Counted from the first letter of the stretch, positions 50,193-61,500 are shown. The stretch: DNA of 64,000 nucleotides from Phycisphaerae bacterium (GCA_963666835.2 CAXXGO010000001.1:160001-224000); one strand, 5' to 3'. The notes: generated from the letters alone by a model not told the origin. Program-made: numbers and translations.

Positions 50193-51008
50193 ATGTCCAG
50201 ACGTGTCTTTGCGGTGGCGGTATTGGCGGCGGTATGGTTCGCGGCGGCGGCTTCGGCCCAGACGTTTACCAAGAGCTCCAGCCCCCTCGGCTCGGCAGCG
50301 CACACGAAGGCTCCGCAGGATGTCGCGAGGATGTTGCTTCGTCAGAAGGTTGATGTCATCGAGTGGGACGAGAAGCCCTTCGAAGAAGTAATCATGTGGC
50401 TGCGCGACGATATGGGCGACGACAAAGTCAATGTCATTCCTAGGTGGAATGCCCTTGACGTCGAGGGCGCCGATCGTGATGTCGCCGTGACTCTTACGCT
50501 CAAAAACGTCACCGTGGCGGTTGTGCTTGACGAAGTGTTGGATCAGTTGAGCGAGGACGGTCAGCTTACGTATCATGCATACGGCAACACCTTGAAGATA
50601 TCCACGAGGTCTGATTTTGATCGCAAGCTGGAATCGCGCGTCTATGAGGTATCCGATCTCCTCTTTGAGATTCCCGACTTCGGCCGTGATGCCCCGACCG
50701 TTGACCTGGAGGCCGCAGCCCGAGCCGGCGGTAGTGGTGGTGGCAGCAGTGGTCAGAGTATTTTCAGCGGAAGCAGCAGCGGTGGCTCAGAGGAACTCGA
50801 GCAGGAAGAACAGGCGCTTGAGGATCGGATCGCCGCTCTTCAGACCCTGATCCGGGACACAATCGCGCCCGAGTCCTGGGCCGGCGAAGAAGGACAGGCC
50901 GGCGGTGGCGGGCTGGGCCGCATCCGCGTCTTCGACAACCGGGTTCTTATTGTCCTCAACACTGTCGAGGTCCACGAGGAACTCGCCGGGTATTTCGTCC
51001 GGAAGTAA
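50193..51008 (+). CDS. Secreted secretin-N-domain-like protein lacking the barrel domain
   Basis: Signal peptide; VTLTLKNVTVAVVLDEVL; RVYEVSDL; Gly/Ser linker; LIRDTIAPESW; LIVLNTVEVHEEL; GGAGG SD. Confidence 0.7.
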   Translation: MSRRVFAVAVLAAVWFAAAASAQTFTKSSSPLGSAAHTKAPQDVARMLLRQKVDVIEWDEKPFEEVIMWLRDDMGDDKVNVIPRWNALDVEGADRDVAVTLTLKNVTVAVVLDEVLDQLSEDGQLTYHAYGNTLKISTRSDFDRKLESRVYEVSDLLFEIPDFGRDAPTVDLEAAARAGGSGGGSSGQSIFSGSSSGGSEELEQEEQALEDRIAALQTLIRDTIAPESWAGEEGQAGGGGLGRIRVFDNRVLIVLNTVEVHEELAGYFVRK

Positions 51009-51108
51009 GGGCACCCCGAGGTATTGTTATCCTGCACGCGGTCGACCGGGGAATCTCGGTCCGGGGTCGGTTTGTGGGCTGACCGGTCTGCCGGCCCGAT
51101 CCGGCAAC

Positions 51109-51191
51109 TGGGCGAGGCGGGACTCGAACCCGCACGTCCTTTCGGACAAGGGATTTTAAATCCCTTGCGTCTGCCATTCCGCCACTCGCCC
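51109..51191 (-). tRNA. tRNA-Leu (anticodon TAA)
   Basis: Acceptor stem GGGCGAG/CTCGCCC plus discriminator A; anticodon arm AGGGA-TTTAAAA-TCCCT; long variable arm GTCC-GAAA-GGAC; T arm GCGGG-TTCGAGT-CCCGC; CCA not encoded. Confidence 0.96.
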
Positions 51192-51429
51192 CGGCGGTTT
51201 GCCGGTCGAACAAACCGCGCCTACTCATCCGACCGTCCCGGCTATTGTTGTACGCCGTCCCATGCCTGGCAAGACCGCCGACCGCGCGGTCTGTCGACAA
51301 ACCGTTCCCCCAACCGGTCTCGACGTTCCGGGGCAGCTACATGACCGTTTTGCCATCGGGCGTTCGGCAGGTAGTATCAACCAGCAACGGAACTTCCCGG
51401 TCATCCGAGACCACCTTGGAGGAGGTTAT

Positions 51430-51807
51430 ATGCGATACGTGCTTGCCGTTGTTCTGATCGCGGCGGTTGCCATCGGGGTCTACGTCTACCGGCACGACGC
51501 CGCCAGCAGCCAAGTTAAGAATGCGACCTTGGGAATCGCCGACGACATGGCACTTTTCGAGCCGGAACGAGCCGAAGTCCGCATCTTGATAAGCCGTTAT
51601 CACGAGCAGGCCTTCAACAAAGCCCTGGACATCGTAAAGGACTCCGGGCACAAGTTCGACGCGGACGCCTATCTCGGGGAGATCTTCACCTTGATCACCG
51701 CCGATCTGCGGGAAAACGGGCGTGGTTCAATCGCCGACAAGATCGACGCCGAAAAGGGCACGTTCTCGATCGCGATCGGTGAGTACCATTGCAAGAGAGG
51801 CGGATAG
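51430..51807 (+). CDS. Small membrane-anchored hypothetical protein
   Basis: GGAGG SD; N-terminal TM segment; 125 aa. Confidence 0.7.
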   Translation: MRYVLAVVLIAAVAIGVYVYRHDAASSQVKNATLGIADDMALFEPERAEVRILISRYHEQAFNKALDIVKDSGHKFDADAYLGEIFTLITADLRENGRGSIADKIDAEKGTFSIAIGEYHCKRGG

Positions 51808-51959
51808 GGAAGGTGTCAGGATGATCTTCCAGCCATCCGAAGAGTCATTCTGGCCGGGTGGCCCGTCCTTTTGTCTTTGCCGTACGGTCCGGACTTTTGC
51901 GGGCCGTTCAATGGCACTCCCGCCGGACGTGGGGGAGCCGATGACCAGCGGTCGACAAT

Positions 51960-52215
51960 CGCGGCAGGTCTCGTACCTCGACCATGCCCTACGAACTAAC
52001 CTCGGCGGGTCGCCATGCGGGCAATCGTTCCGAAGGGGCGTAGGCGTGCAGCTACGGGTGGAGCGAAGCGGAACCCGTTGGTGAGATTCGCCCCTGCATG
52101 CTCCCGTCCCCAAGGGCCGGCGGAGGGTGGACCTCGAGGCAGGCTGGAAGCCTACGCTACGGGGTGTCCCGAAGGGCCGGCGGGCAGTCTCAGGGATCGC
52201 CCGCCAGCCTGAATG
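51960..52215. repeat. Mixed REP cluster between convergent genes
   Basis: GTAG-REP at 51963-51992; GGGTGGAGCGAAGCGGAACCCG; CAGGCTGGAAGCCTACGCTAC (also at 62121, reverse variants near 53950-53985). Confidence 0.7.
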
Positions 52216-52249
52216 GACACTGAGTAGGTCGGACTCTCCCCGACGGAAG

Positions 52250-53806
52250 CTACCAGGAGTAATGAACCGTATAGTTGATGACCACCTCGCCGTCCGCTTT
52301 CACCGTGATGGGGAAGTGAATGGTGCGGGAGTCGATCTTCTCAAAATCCTGCGTATTCCTCGTGATTTTCCAGTTCGTCCAGCGATAGAGGTTCTCCTTG
52401 ACGATCACCTTGACCGCCTCCTCTTTGTGGTTGCGGACCTTGATCCTGATGGTCTCCTCCATCCAGTCCCGTTGATTGTCAACGCTGAAATCCACCTGCT
52501 GCCGCTCGCCCACCACATCAAAGGCACTGCCGAGCTTGATCAGAACCTCTTCGTCCTTGGGCGTGTGGTCGATGGTGTCCTCGCCGATGAACTCGAGGGT
52601 CTCGTCGGCCGGGTCGAGCTTGCTCACGCGAATGCGCCCGGACGGCAAGGGCATCCCCATCCCGATCTTCTTCTCGTTCTTGAGCCGCAGATAGACGTCC
52701 ACCTTCTTGTTACACTGGACGCCGAAGTTGCGATCCGTCATTGGCTGCCCGTAGTAGCCGTAGCGCGACTCTAAGCCGTAGTAAACCAGTACCTTCTCGC
52801 ACGGAACCTCGCGGGCGGTGGGGAACAGCTCGAGCTGCTTAGTGGAGTTGTCCGGCAGGCTCGTCGGCCGGCCGAGAGTGTACATGTGGTACTCAAAGAA
52901 GGACTTCTCCTCGAACCCGCCGTCCATGTCCGCCTCGGCCATCGCAAACCTGGCCTTCCCCGCAGGGTGCCGGCGGCTCGGCTGCGGAGCCCGATTTACA
53001 TCACCCGCGATCAGCTTCAACTTCGCATCGCGGTACGTCGCCCCGGATTGATTGACGATACTCACCCAAGCGCCGAAATCGAGCAGGCCGCTGTTGGCGT
53101 CCTTTCCCTCGGTAAACACGATGTTGTAGTCCGCCCACCACGTAACGGCCTTCGTCTCATACGTCACCCGGGCGCGATGCGTGCCCGGCCGGTTGGTGGC
53201 CACATCCCAAACCAGGGTCGGACGCGTGATCAGACCGCCCGGCAGCTCCGGAAACTGCACGTTCGAATAGCCGTTGATCACCTGCACGGCCCCGTCGTCG
53301 CCTTGCAGAATCAACCCGCCGGCCGCGCTCAACAGCTTCCCGGTGAATGTCGAGATCCTGTCACCTTGCGCCTGCTCGACCGTGATAACCCGATCAAGAA
53401 AACGCTCCATCAGCTTCTCGCTGCTGACCAGATCGAACTCGTAGTTCTGCTCCAACACCCGGGTCGTTTCCAGGTCGGTCAGCGACTCGAACGAAACGGT
53501 CGTCGGGTCAATCTGCGAGGCGACATCGACAAAACGGACTTGGTTACGCTTGCCGGCAAGCTCGATGTCCCGCTCCTGCTTGACGACGGCGTATCCGGGA
53601 ATCACCTGTCGATACTGCGAGGGAGAATACCCCGCGAGCAGGCCCGGCTGATAGACCTCCGCGGGAATCGCTCCCGGCCTGGCGGTGCTGTAGATGGTTA
53701 GATTAGTGGCTTCGTCCGTCGCCCGGGCATCCGCCGCCGTGGCCGCCGCGATCGCCAGAGCCAAAACAAACCGCACGCCGCATCTTCGGGAAGATCCGAG
53801 AATCAT
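52250..53806 (-). CDS. DUF4139 domain-containing secreted protein
   Basis: LTIYS, IDPTTV, LEQNYEFDL, ITRPTLVW, WWADY, FEYHMYTL, GMPLPSGRIRV, FIGEDTIDHTPKDE. Confidence 0.85.
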   Translation of the reverse strand: MILGSSRRCGVRFVLALAIAAATAADARATDEATNLTIYSTARPGAIPAEVYQPGLLAGYSPSQYRQVIPGYAVVKQERDIELAGKRNQVRFVDVASQIDPTTVSFESLTDLETTRVLEQNYEFDLVSSEKLMERFLDRVITVEQAQGDRISTFTGKLLSAAGGLILQGDDGAVQVINGYSNVQFPELPGGLITRPTLVWDVATNRPGTHRARVTYETKAVTWWADYNIVFTEGKDANSGLLDFGAWVSIVNQSGATYRDAKLKLIAGDVNRAPQPSRRHPAGKARFAMAEADMDGGFEEKSFFEYHMYTLGRPTSLPDNSTKQLELFPTAREVPCEKVLVYYGLESRYGYYGQPMTDRNFGVQCNKKVDVYLRLKNEKKIGMGMPLPSGRIRVSKLDPADETLEFIGEDTIDHTPKDEEVLIKLGSAFDVVGERQQVDFSVDNQRDWMEETIRIKVRNHKEEAVKVIVKENLYRWTNWKITRNTQDFEKIDSRTIHFPITVKADGEVVINYTVHYSW

Positions 53807-54034
53807 GATCCTGCTCCTTGCTTCTGTGGTGACTTCGTACCACCCGCAACGAGAATCGCGGGCGGGATATGTCTTCTTTGACACGTCGGAAACGCCGCGG
53901 TTCCTAAGATCCCGACGTTTTCTCCACTTAGTCGGACGGCCTGCAGCGCAAGCTTCCAGCCTAGTAACGCAGGCTTCCAGCCTGCCTCCCATGCTAAGGG
54001 GACAAGATCCTCACCGACCATTCCGGCAACCGTC

Positions 54035-55366
54035 CTACTGCTTCTCGATCCGCTCGCGCCCGCCCATGTACGATCGCAGAGCCTCGGGGATCGTCACGGT
54101 CCCGTCCGCGTTCTGGTACAGCTCCAAAACCGGAATCAACACCCGCGGCGAGGCGATGACCGTATTATTGAGCGTATGGCAGAAACGCACCTTCTTGCCA
54201 TCGTCACGATAGCGCAACTTCAGCCGGCGGGCCTGGAATTCGTAGAAACGTGACGCCGAGTGGGTCTCGCCGTAGCTATTCCGCGAAGGCATCCAGGTCT
54301 CGATATCAAACTTCTGCACCTGCCCCATGCCCAGGTCGCCCGTGCAGACATTCACCACCCGATAAGGTAGCCCCAGAGCCTGCATCACATCTTCGGCGTT
54401 TCGCAGGATCTCCTCATGGAACTTCTTGCTCTGCTCTACATCGTTGCGGCACACGACCACCTGCTCTACCTTGTCGAACAGGTGGATACGGTACAGTCCG
54501 TGAGTGTCCTTCCCGGCCGCCCCCGCCTCCCGGCGGAAACACGTACTCATCGCGCACGTCTTGAGCGGTAGCTCCTCCTCGTCCACGATCTCGTCGGTTC
54601 GATAGGCGGTCAACGGGACCTCGGCCGTACCGACCAGAGACTTCGTATCCCGCTCGCAAAGGTAGGCCTGGTCCCGCCCGGTCGGGAAGTACCCCGTGCC
54701 GTACATGACGTCCTCCTTTACGAGCACGGGCACGGTCATGGGCACGTAGCCGCGTTGCACCATCATGTCTTGGGCCAGACGCAGCACGGCCTGATGGAGA
54801 AGGGCACCGTCGCCCCGGAGGATGTAGTTCCGCGCTCCGGCCAGCTTCACCCCGCGCTCGATATCGATAATCCCCAACTCCTGCCCCAAAGCGACGTGAT
54901 CCAGCGGCTCGAAGTCGAACTTGCGGATTTCGCCCACCGTGCGCAGCTCGGTGTTCTCGGTATCGTCCTTGCCGATCGGTACGTCCGGATCGGCCGGCTG
55001 GGGGATGGTGAGCATAAGCTGCTCGAACTCTTCGAGGATCGGCCCCTCGGCGTCTTCCAGCTCCTTCATCTTCGGCTTCAGCTCGCCCAGCTCCGCCTGG
55101 ATCCGATCCGCCTCGGCCTTGATGTCTTCGGCGGACTTCCCGGCCTCCATTTCCTTCCGGTAGGCCGGAGACTTCGCGTTCCGCAGCATGCCGACCTTCT
55201 GCCCGCTCTCTTTGACGGTGGTCCGCATTTCGTCAAGCTGCTGCTGCAGCTCCCGCCGCCGCTGATCGACCTCGACAAGCCGATCTACATCGCACGTAAT
55301 GTGCTTATCGACCGCGGCTTGTTTGACCAGTTCGACGTTGTCTCGAATGAACTTGATGTCCAGCAT
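54035..55366 (-). CDS. serS: Serine--tRNA ligase
   Basis: MLDIKFIRDN, GTAEVPL, CFRREAGAAGKDT.GLYR.H.F.KVE, FQARRL, HTLNNT. Confidence 0.96.
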   Translation of the reverse strand: MLDIKFIRDNVELVKQAAVDKHITCDVDRLVEVDQRRRELQQQLDEMRTTVKESGQKVGMLRNAKSPAYRKEMEAGKSAEDIKAEADRIQAELGELKPKMKELEDAEGPILEEFEQLMLTIPQPADPDVPIGKDDTENTELRTVGEIRKFDFEPLDHVALGQELGIIDIERGVKLAGARNYILRGDGALLHQAVLRLAQDMMVQRGYVPMTVPVLVKEDVMYGTGYFPTGRDQAYLCERDTKSLVGTAEVPLTAYRTDEIVDEEELPLKTCAMSTCFRREAGAAGKDTHGLYRIHLFDKVEQVVVCRNDVEQSKKFHEEILRNAEDVMQALGLPYRVVNVCTGDLGMGQVQKFDIETWMPSRNSYGETHSASRFYEFQARRLKLRYRDDGKKVRFCHTLNNTVIASPRVLIPVLELYQNADGTVTIPEALRSYMGGRERIEKQ

Positions 55367-55494
55367 AGATGCCGTGCCTCTCCGCGATAGACTCCTGTCG
55401 CAAAGCCGTATTTCGACGATGGGGTGGGTAATGTCAAGGGCGGCGGTGACGGGCGACTCACCGCCTGTGCGAACGGCGCACCTCGCGCCATCTG

Positions 55495-55926
55495 TGCCAC
55501 CTGGCCGCAAGCTGGCGCCCGATTTCCGTGGACTCCTCGGTTGTGGCCCACTGGCGGGCGAGGGTGACAGCCTCGTAGGGCACGGTCGAGGAACGAGACC
55601 TGCCACAACGACTACGCCGCGCCGGTTTCGATCACTCACCGACCTTGTGAGGTGTGCGTCTTACGCCACTCGCGCCACCTAGCCGCAAGCTGCCTCCCGA
55701 TTTCCGTGGACTCCTCGGGCGTGGCCCACTGGCGGGCGAGGGTGACAGCCTCGTAGGGCACGGTCGAGGAACGAGACCTGCCACAACGACTACGCCGCGC
55801 CGGTTTCGATCACTCACCGACCTTGTGAGGTGTGCGTCTTACGCCACTCGCGCCACCTAGCCGCAAGCTGGCGCCCGATTTCCGTGGACTCCTCGGTTGT
55901 GGCCCACTGGCGGGCGAGGGTGACGG
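55495..55926. repeat. Tandem 178-bp duplication (~2.4 units) of a gene 3' end plus a REP
   Basis: GCCACCTRGCCGCAAGCTG recurs near 55496, 55674 and 55852; REPs at 55575 and 55753. Confidence 0.88.
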
Positions 55927-56401
55927 AGCGTCTCTCGCCCTGGAAGTCGTATTCCGCCACCGGCGGCAACGCCTTCACATTCACAATGTCGGCGAAACGA
56001 ACGCACCGCGCCGGCCTCAACAACCGCCGATACGCCACCGCACCGTTACTTACGGCCACAAACGACGGCCGGTGGCGGGTCAAGTACCTCATACCCAGTG
56101 CCGCCAGAAGGAGCACTCCGCAGAACAACAGTGGCATGTATCGCTGGCTCGTACTAGTCGGCGGAAACGTCGGCCTGAACGTGGACATAGTCATGCCGAG
56201 AACCGACAAACCGATCCCCAAGTAACCCAACATCGCTCCATAGCGTGCCTGGCGCGTATCGTGCTGATTGGCATGTCCCTCCAGGGCCCGCGGGGTGGAC
56301 CAGACCATCATGGTCTCGTCGTACTCGAAACCGCACTCCGGACAAGCATGGCTCGCAGGAAGACCGGTCAGATCGTACCGACATACAATACACCGCGACA
56401 T
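55814..56401 (-). CDS. Zinc-ribbon membrane protein
   Basis: CIVCRYDLTGLPASHACPECG; two TM segments; short C-terminal beta domain. Confidence 0.7.
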   Translation of the reverse strand: MSRCIVCRYDLTGLPASHACPECGFEYDETMMVWSTPRALEGHANQHDTRQARYGAMLGYLGIGLSVLGMTMSTFRPTFPPTSTSQRYMPLLFCGVLLLAALGMRYLTRHRPSFVAVSNGAVAYRRLLRPARCVRFADIVNVKALPPVAEYDFQGERRSVTLARQWATTEESTEIGRQLAARWREWRKTHTSQGR

Positions 56402-56547
56402 TGGAATCTCGCCTATGCCCTAAACAGCTCAATCCGGGGCCATTCATACCCGAACTCATTCGGCCTCATTCGCTATTAGGAGGACACCGTACCGCTTAGG
56501 CCGCGTCGAGTCGAGTCGCAAGACCTGGCACCAAGCGTGGCACCGCC

Positions 56548-56781
56548 GTAGGGCACGGTCGAGGCACGAGACCTGCCACAACGGCGCGCGAAGACCTTGT
56601 AGGGCACGGTCGAGGCACGAGACCTGCCACAACGGCGCGCGAAGACCTTGTAGGGCACGGTCGAGGCACGAGACCTGCCACAACGGCGCGCGAAGACCTT
56701 GTAGGGCACGGTCGAGGCACGAGACCTGCCACAACGGCGCGCGAAGACCTTGTAGGGCACGGTCGAGGCACGAGACCTGCC
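56548..56781 (+). repeat. Tandem array of 51-bp REP units (five REP copies)
   Basis: GTAGGGCACGGTCGAGGCACGAGACCTGCC at 56548, 56599, 56650, 56701 and 56752, with the identical linker ACAACGGCGCGCGAAGACCTT. Confidence 0.92.
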
Positions 56782-57822
56782 ATCGAGGCCGCGATGGTTC
56801 GAGTCGCACGCATACGTGCCACACGTATGTCTCGCGGAACCAGCCCGTCAGGGCGGCAGCTCTGCGCAGCCCGCGGCGTCAGCCGCGGGATCGCATCGCA
56901 CGTCAACCCAAGCCCCCAGGGGCGGCACTTCGATGATCGAAAAGCTCCCGGTGGTCGGCAACGTGCTTCGCGTATGATGTTGAATAACCGATGTCCGATT
57001 CGAACCTCGATGCCCTCTGCCGCCCCCGAGGGGGCTTGGCGCGAAGTGACCGCACAGTTTCCCCAGGCTTACGCCCTGGGGCTAAAGAACCTGTCGCCCC
57101 AAGGGGCTTCGCTTACGACACGGTCGAGGCACGAGACCTGCCACAACGGCGCGCGAAGACCTTGTAGGGCACGGTCGAGGTACGAGACCTGCCACAACGG
57201 CGCGCGAAGACCTTGTAGGGCACGGTCGAGGCACGAGACCTGCCATCGAGGCCGCGATGGCTCGAGTCGCACGCATACGTGCCACACGTATGTCTCGCGG
57301 AACCAGCCCGTCAGGGCGGCAGCTCTGCCCAGCCCGCGGCGTCAGCCGCGGGATCGCGTCGCACGTCAACCCAAGCCCCCAGGGGCGGCACTTCGATGAT
57401 CGAAAAGCTCCCGGTGGTCGGCAACGTGCTTCGCGTATGATGTTGAATAACCGATGTACGATTCGAACCTCGATGCCCTCTGCCGCCCCCGAGGGGGCTT
57501 GGCGCGAAGCGACCGCACAGTTTCCCCAGGCTTACGCCGTGGGGCTAAAGAACCTGTCGCCCCAAGGGGCTTCGCTTACGACACGGTCGAGGCACGAGAC
57601 CTGCCACAACGCCGCGCGAAGACCTTGTAGGGCACGGTCGAGGTACGAGACCTGCCACAACGGCGCGCGAAGACCTTGTAGGGCACGGTCGAGGCACGAG
57701 ACCTGCCATCGAGGCCGCGATGGCTCGAGTCGCACGCATACGTGCCACACGTATGTCTCGCGGAACCAGCCCGTCAGGGCGGCAGCTCTGCCCAGCCCGC
57801 GGCGTCAGCCGCGGGATCGCGT
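56656..57822. repeat. 463-bp higher-order tandem repeat (~2.5 units) of REPs and palindromic MITE-like segments
   Basis: GCCGCGATGG(T/C)TCGAGTCGCACG recurs with ATG at 56794, 57257 and 57720; internal inverted repeat AAGCCCCCAGGGGGCGGCA / TGCCGCCCCCGAGGGGGCTT. Confidence 0.88.
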
Positions 57823-58509
57823 GGCGCGAAGACCAACGGCAGGTCTCGTACCTCGACCATGCCCTACACCCGCGTGCGGTGCCCTATCGGTACGGCGAGC
57901 GTCAGCGACCCGCCGCAATCGGTACGGCGAGCGTGAGCGCCCCGCCCTTGGCCGGCACGTAGCGATCTAGCCACACGGGATGGCCACTCCCTGACGGTCG
58001 GGGTACTGTTCCTCTCCACGCGCGAAGACCAACGGCAGGTCTCGTACCTCGACCATGCCCTACACCCGCGTGCGAGGCCCTGCAGGGAGGCGCGAGACCC
58101 GATGATCATTCACCAGACAACGACAAATCGGAGCGGATGACAACCATCCATCATCGGCTCCCCCACGTCCGGCCAACAATAGCTCGGGCGGTTCTCGACC
58201 GGGCCGGACATACGTCAACCTCAAGAGGACGTGGGCCACCCGGCCGGTAAGTAAAGGCAGGTGAATCACCTGCTCTACCCGTCGGCCTACCGGCCCGGGC
58301 GCGCTTCGCCTGCCTGCCCCGGCCTTGCCACCAATACCGTTGTATCCGCCTGGCGCATCTGGTAAACTGGGCAACTCGCGGGTCTGGAGGGAGCAAGCGG
58401 GGCACCCCGGGTATCGGACTGTAAGGGAGCCCCCCAACCCACAATCGACGGATGAGAAGACATCAGGCCGGGGCAGCAGCAACCTCGAACCACTTTGGAG
58501 GATTAAACT

Positions 58510-61500
58510 GTGCGTAGAGTATCCCACTCGAAGGTTCCGGTGGTTCTTGTGTTGACCGCTCTTACCGTTGCCGCAGCCCGTGGGGAAGTCGCCACGCAGC
58601 AGGAAGCAACTCAGGTTTGTCAGAACTGGTTAACTTACGCGACCGCTCAAAACGGGGGCTGGGCCAAGGCATCACAGCCGGAAATCACCGGTATTCAAGA
58701 TATCATCGCCAACGACGGGAGCACCGTCCTGGGCCGGTGCTTTTCGATCGCCCCAAGCGGGTTCGTAATTGTGCCTATCTTGAAGGAACTGCCACCGGTC
58801 AAGGCGTATTCCGACCGGTGCAATCTGGACGTCACCCAAACGGGGGGCATCGCTCAACTCGTCCGCGAGCTCCTCGAAGACCGCGTGCGCCTCTTCAAAG
58901 AGCGATACGGCAGCTTAGCCGCCGTCCAACCGGCCCGCGCGGAGGCGCTCTTCGGGCAACGGCACCGCCAAAGATGGGAACAGCTTCTGGTCAGCTCGGA
59001 TCAGTTCGATCCCAACCTCGGTCGCGAATCTGAAGGCACCTTCGCTCAAGCAGGTCCTATGCTGACAAGCAATTGGCATCAGAGCAGCCCGTACTACAAT
59101 TCGTGCCCATACGGCGACGGAGACCAGACCATCGTCGGCTGCGTGGCCACGGCGGCCTCACAGTTATTGCGATATCACGAATGGCCCCCTAACGGCGTAG
59201 GCAACCACAGCTATTACTGGGACGGAGACGATTCCTGCGGGGCGTCGGCGCCGTACCCGGGAGCCGGTATCGTCTCCGCAGACTTCTCCGACGACTACGA
59301 TTGGGCCAACATGCCCGACGACTGTTCCGGCGGCTGCACCGCCACCGAGGAAGACGCCCTGGCCGAGCTGTGCTACGAAGTCGGCGTGGCCTACGAGATG
59401 GACTACGGCGCGTGCGCCTCCGGCGCCTTTACGATGCAAGCGGCGGTGATCTTCCCGAGGTACTTCCGCTACGCTCCCGGAATCGACGTGGAAAACCGCT
59501 CCGATCACACGGCCGCTACGTGGTTTACAACCATCCAGGATGAAATCAACGCGGGCCGGCCCATGCTCTACGGCATCTCCAGGCACGCCATCGTCTGCGA
59601 CGGATGGCGCGACACCGGCGGGCAGGACGAGTATCACATGAACTACGGCTGGGGCGGATCACAGACTGCCTGGTTCGCGATTGACGATCTCCACTGCACG
59701 TGGGAGGGCTGCGACCCGATGGTCGAGAAACTGGCTCGATACATCGAACCCTGGCAGCCGGCCGATCCGGACTGCAACGCCAACACCATTCCCGACTACC
59801 AGGACATCTGGGACGGCACGAGCCTGGACTGCAATACCAACGCCATTCCCGACGAGTGCGATATCGCGGACGCTGCGAGTGCCGACTGCCAACCTAACGG
59901 CATCCCGGACGAGTGTGATATCGCGGATCTCGTCGTTCCGGAAACGGTTCCCGCTTGTGACGCCGGCGACGACGGCGAGGCCTGGTGTGATGACCTGGAG
60001 AGCTACGCGCTCGGCACGATCTTCGGAAACAACTGGGCCGGCTGGGGTGAAGACCCCGGCGCCATGGGGACCGTCACCGATGACCAGAACCACACGCCCG
60101 GCGGGTCCAAGTCGCTCGAAATCGCGGAACATGACACGGTGCGGCTCTTTCAGGGCTATGACCTGAGCGAATCGTCCGCCTGGATTCTGAGCTTCTGGGT
60201 TTACATCCCTTCGAGCATGACCGGCACGGCGCATTTCATTCTAAACCCCGATTACGTCGACGGCGGGGCGGGAACCACCTGGGCGATGAACCTCGAAATG
60301 AACACGGCCGCGGGGACCATTAACAGTAACGAGGCCTTCGCATCCCTGCCTTTGGCTACCGATGCCTGGGCCGAGATTCTCCTCGAGATCGACTTCGCTC
60401 ACGACTCTGTGGCAATCTACTACAACGACGTCTTCCTCGCCCGCCACACCTGGACCAACGGCGGCGGGTCGCTGAGCCTTTCCGCGATCGACCTCTGGAG
60501 CCCCGACTCCAGCGGGCACTACTACGATGATCTGGCCTTCTACGCCACAACCGGAGTGGACCTGAACGGGAACGGAACGCCCGACGAGTGCGAAGACTGC
60601 AACGACAACGGCATCGCCGATGCCGAGGACATCGCCGGTCTGACCAGTTCCGACTGCAACGGCAATAACACGCCCGATGAGTGCGAAGTGCCCCCGATCG
60701 ACCTATCCGGCGCAGACTGCAACGGCAATCTGGTTCCCGATGAATGTGAGCCCGACACGGACGGCGACGGGCTAATCAACGACTGCGAGACGGACGACGA
60801 CAACGACGGCGTGCTCGACGAAGATGATACGTTGCCGCTCAACCCCGACGTTTGCGAAGACGTCGACGGCGACGGATGCGATGACTGTGCTATCGGAACG
60901 GACGACTTCGGGCCCATGCCGGATAACGACCCGACCGCGGACGGGGCGGACGGCGACGGTGACGGGCTGTGCAACGTCGGGGACAACTGCAACCTTTACA
61001 ATCCCGACCAACTCGACTGTCAACCTAACGGCATCGGCGACGTCTGCGATATCGCCTATTGCACCGTCGAAGCCTGGTGCAACGACTGCAACGAAAACAA
61101 CGTACCCGACGGTTGTGACATCGCCGCCGGCACGTCCACCGACAACAACGCCGACGGGGTTCCGGACGAATGCGGCGCCAACCCACCCGCGGCGGCACCT
61201 TCACCGCACGATAGCCCCAAGAACCGCTATGTCTCCTTCGATCCGAACCATCCGGGAACTAACGTCGCATTCCGAATAGAGCTGACCGCCGGCGATTACT
61301 TCCCCGGCTCGGTCGGCACCGGAGGCTGGGTCGGTGAGCCGGACGGTGATGCCATTTCGCGCGTGGTTGACACCGCATACTTCAGCGACGCTTGGCCGGC
61401 GGTGGTTCATGTGGGCGACTGTCTGATCGGACCGGCGGCCACCTACGCAGTCACGGCCACCACCGACGCGGTCAACTTCTCCGACCCGCTGACCGTGACC

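Noticed and set aside
51109..52250. tRNA-anchored genomic island
   Set aside because: No integrase and no duplicated tRNA 3' end were seen.
55367..55639. N-terminal extension of SerRS
   Set aside because: It derives from the 178-bp repeat; the canonical start MLDIKFIR is at 55366.
56548..56781. CRISPR-like array of 30-bp palindromic repeats
   Set aside because: The 21-bp 'spacers' are identical, the repeat is dispersed through the window, and there are no cas genes.
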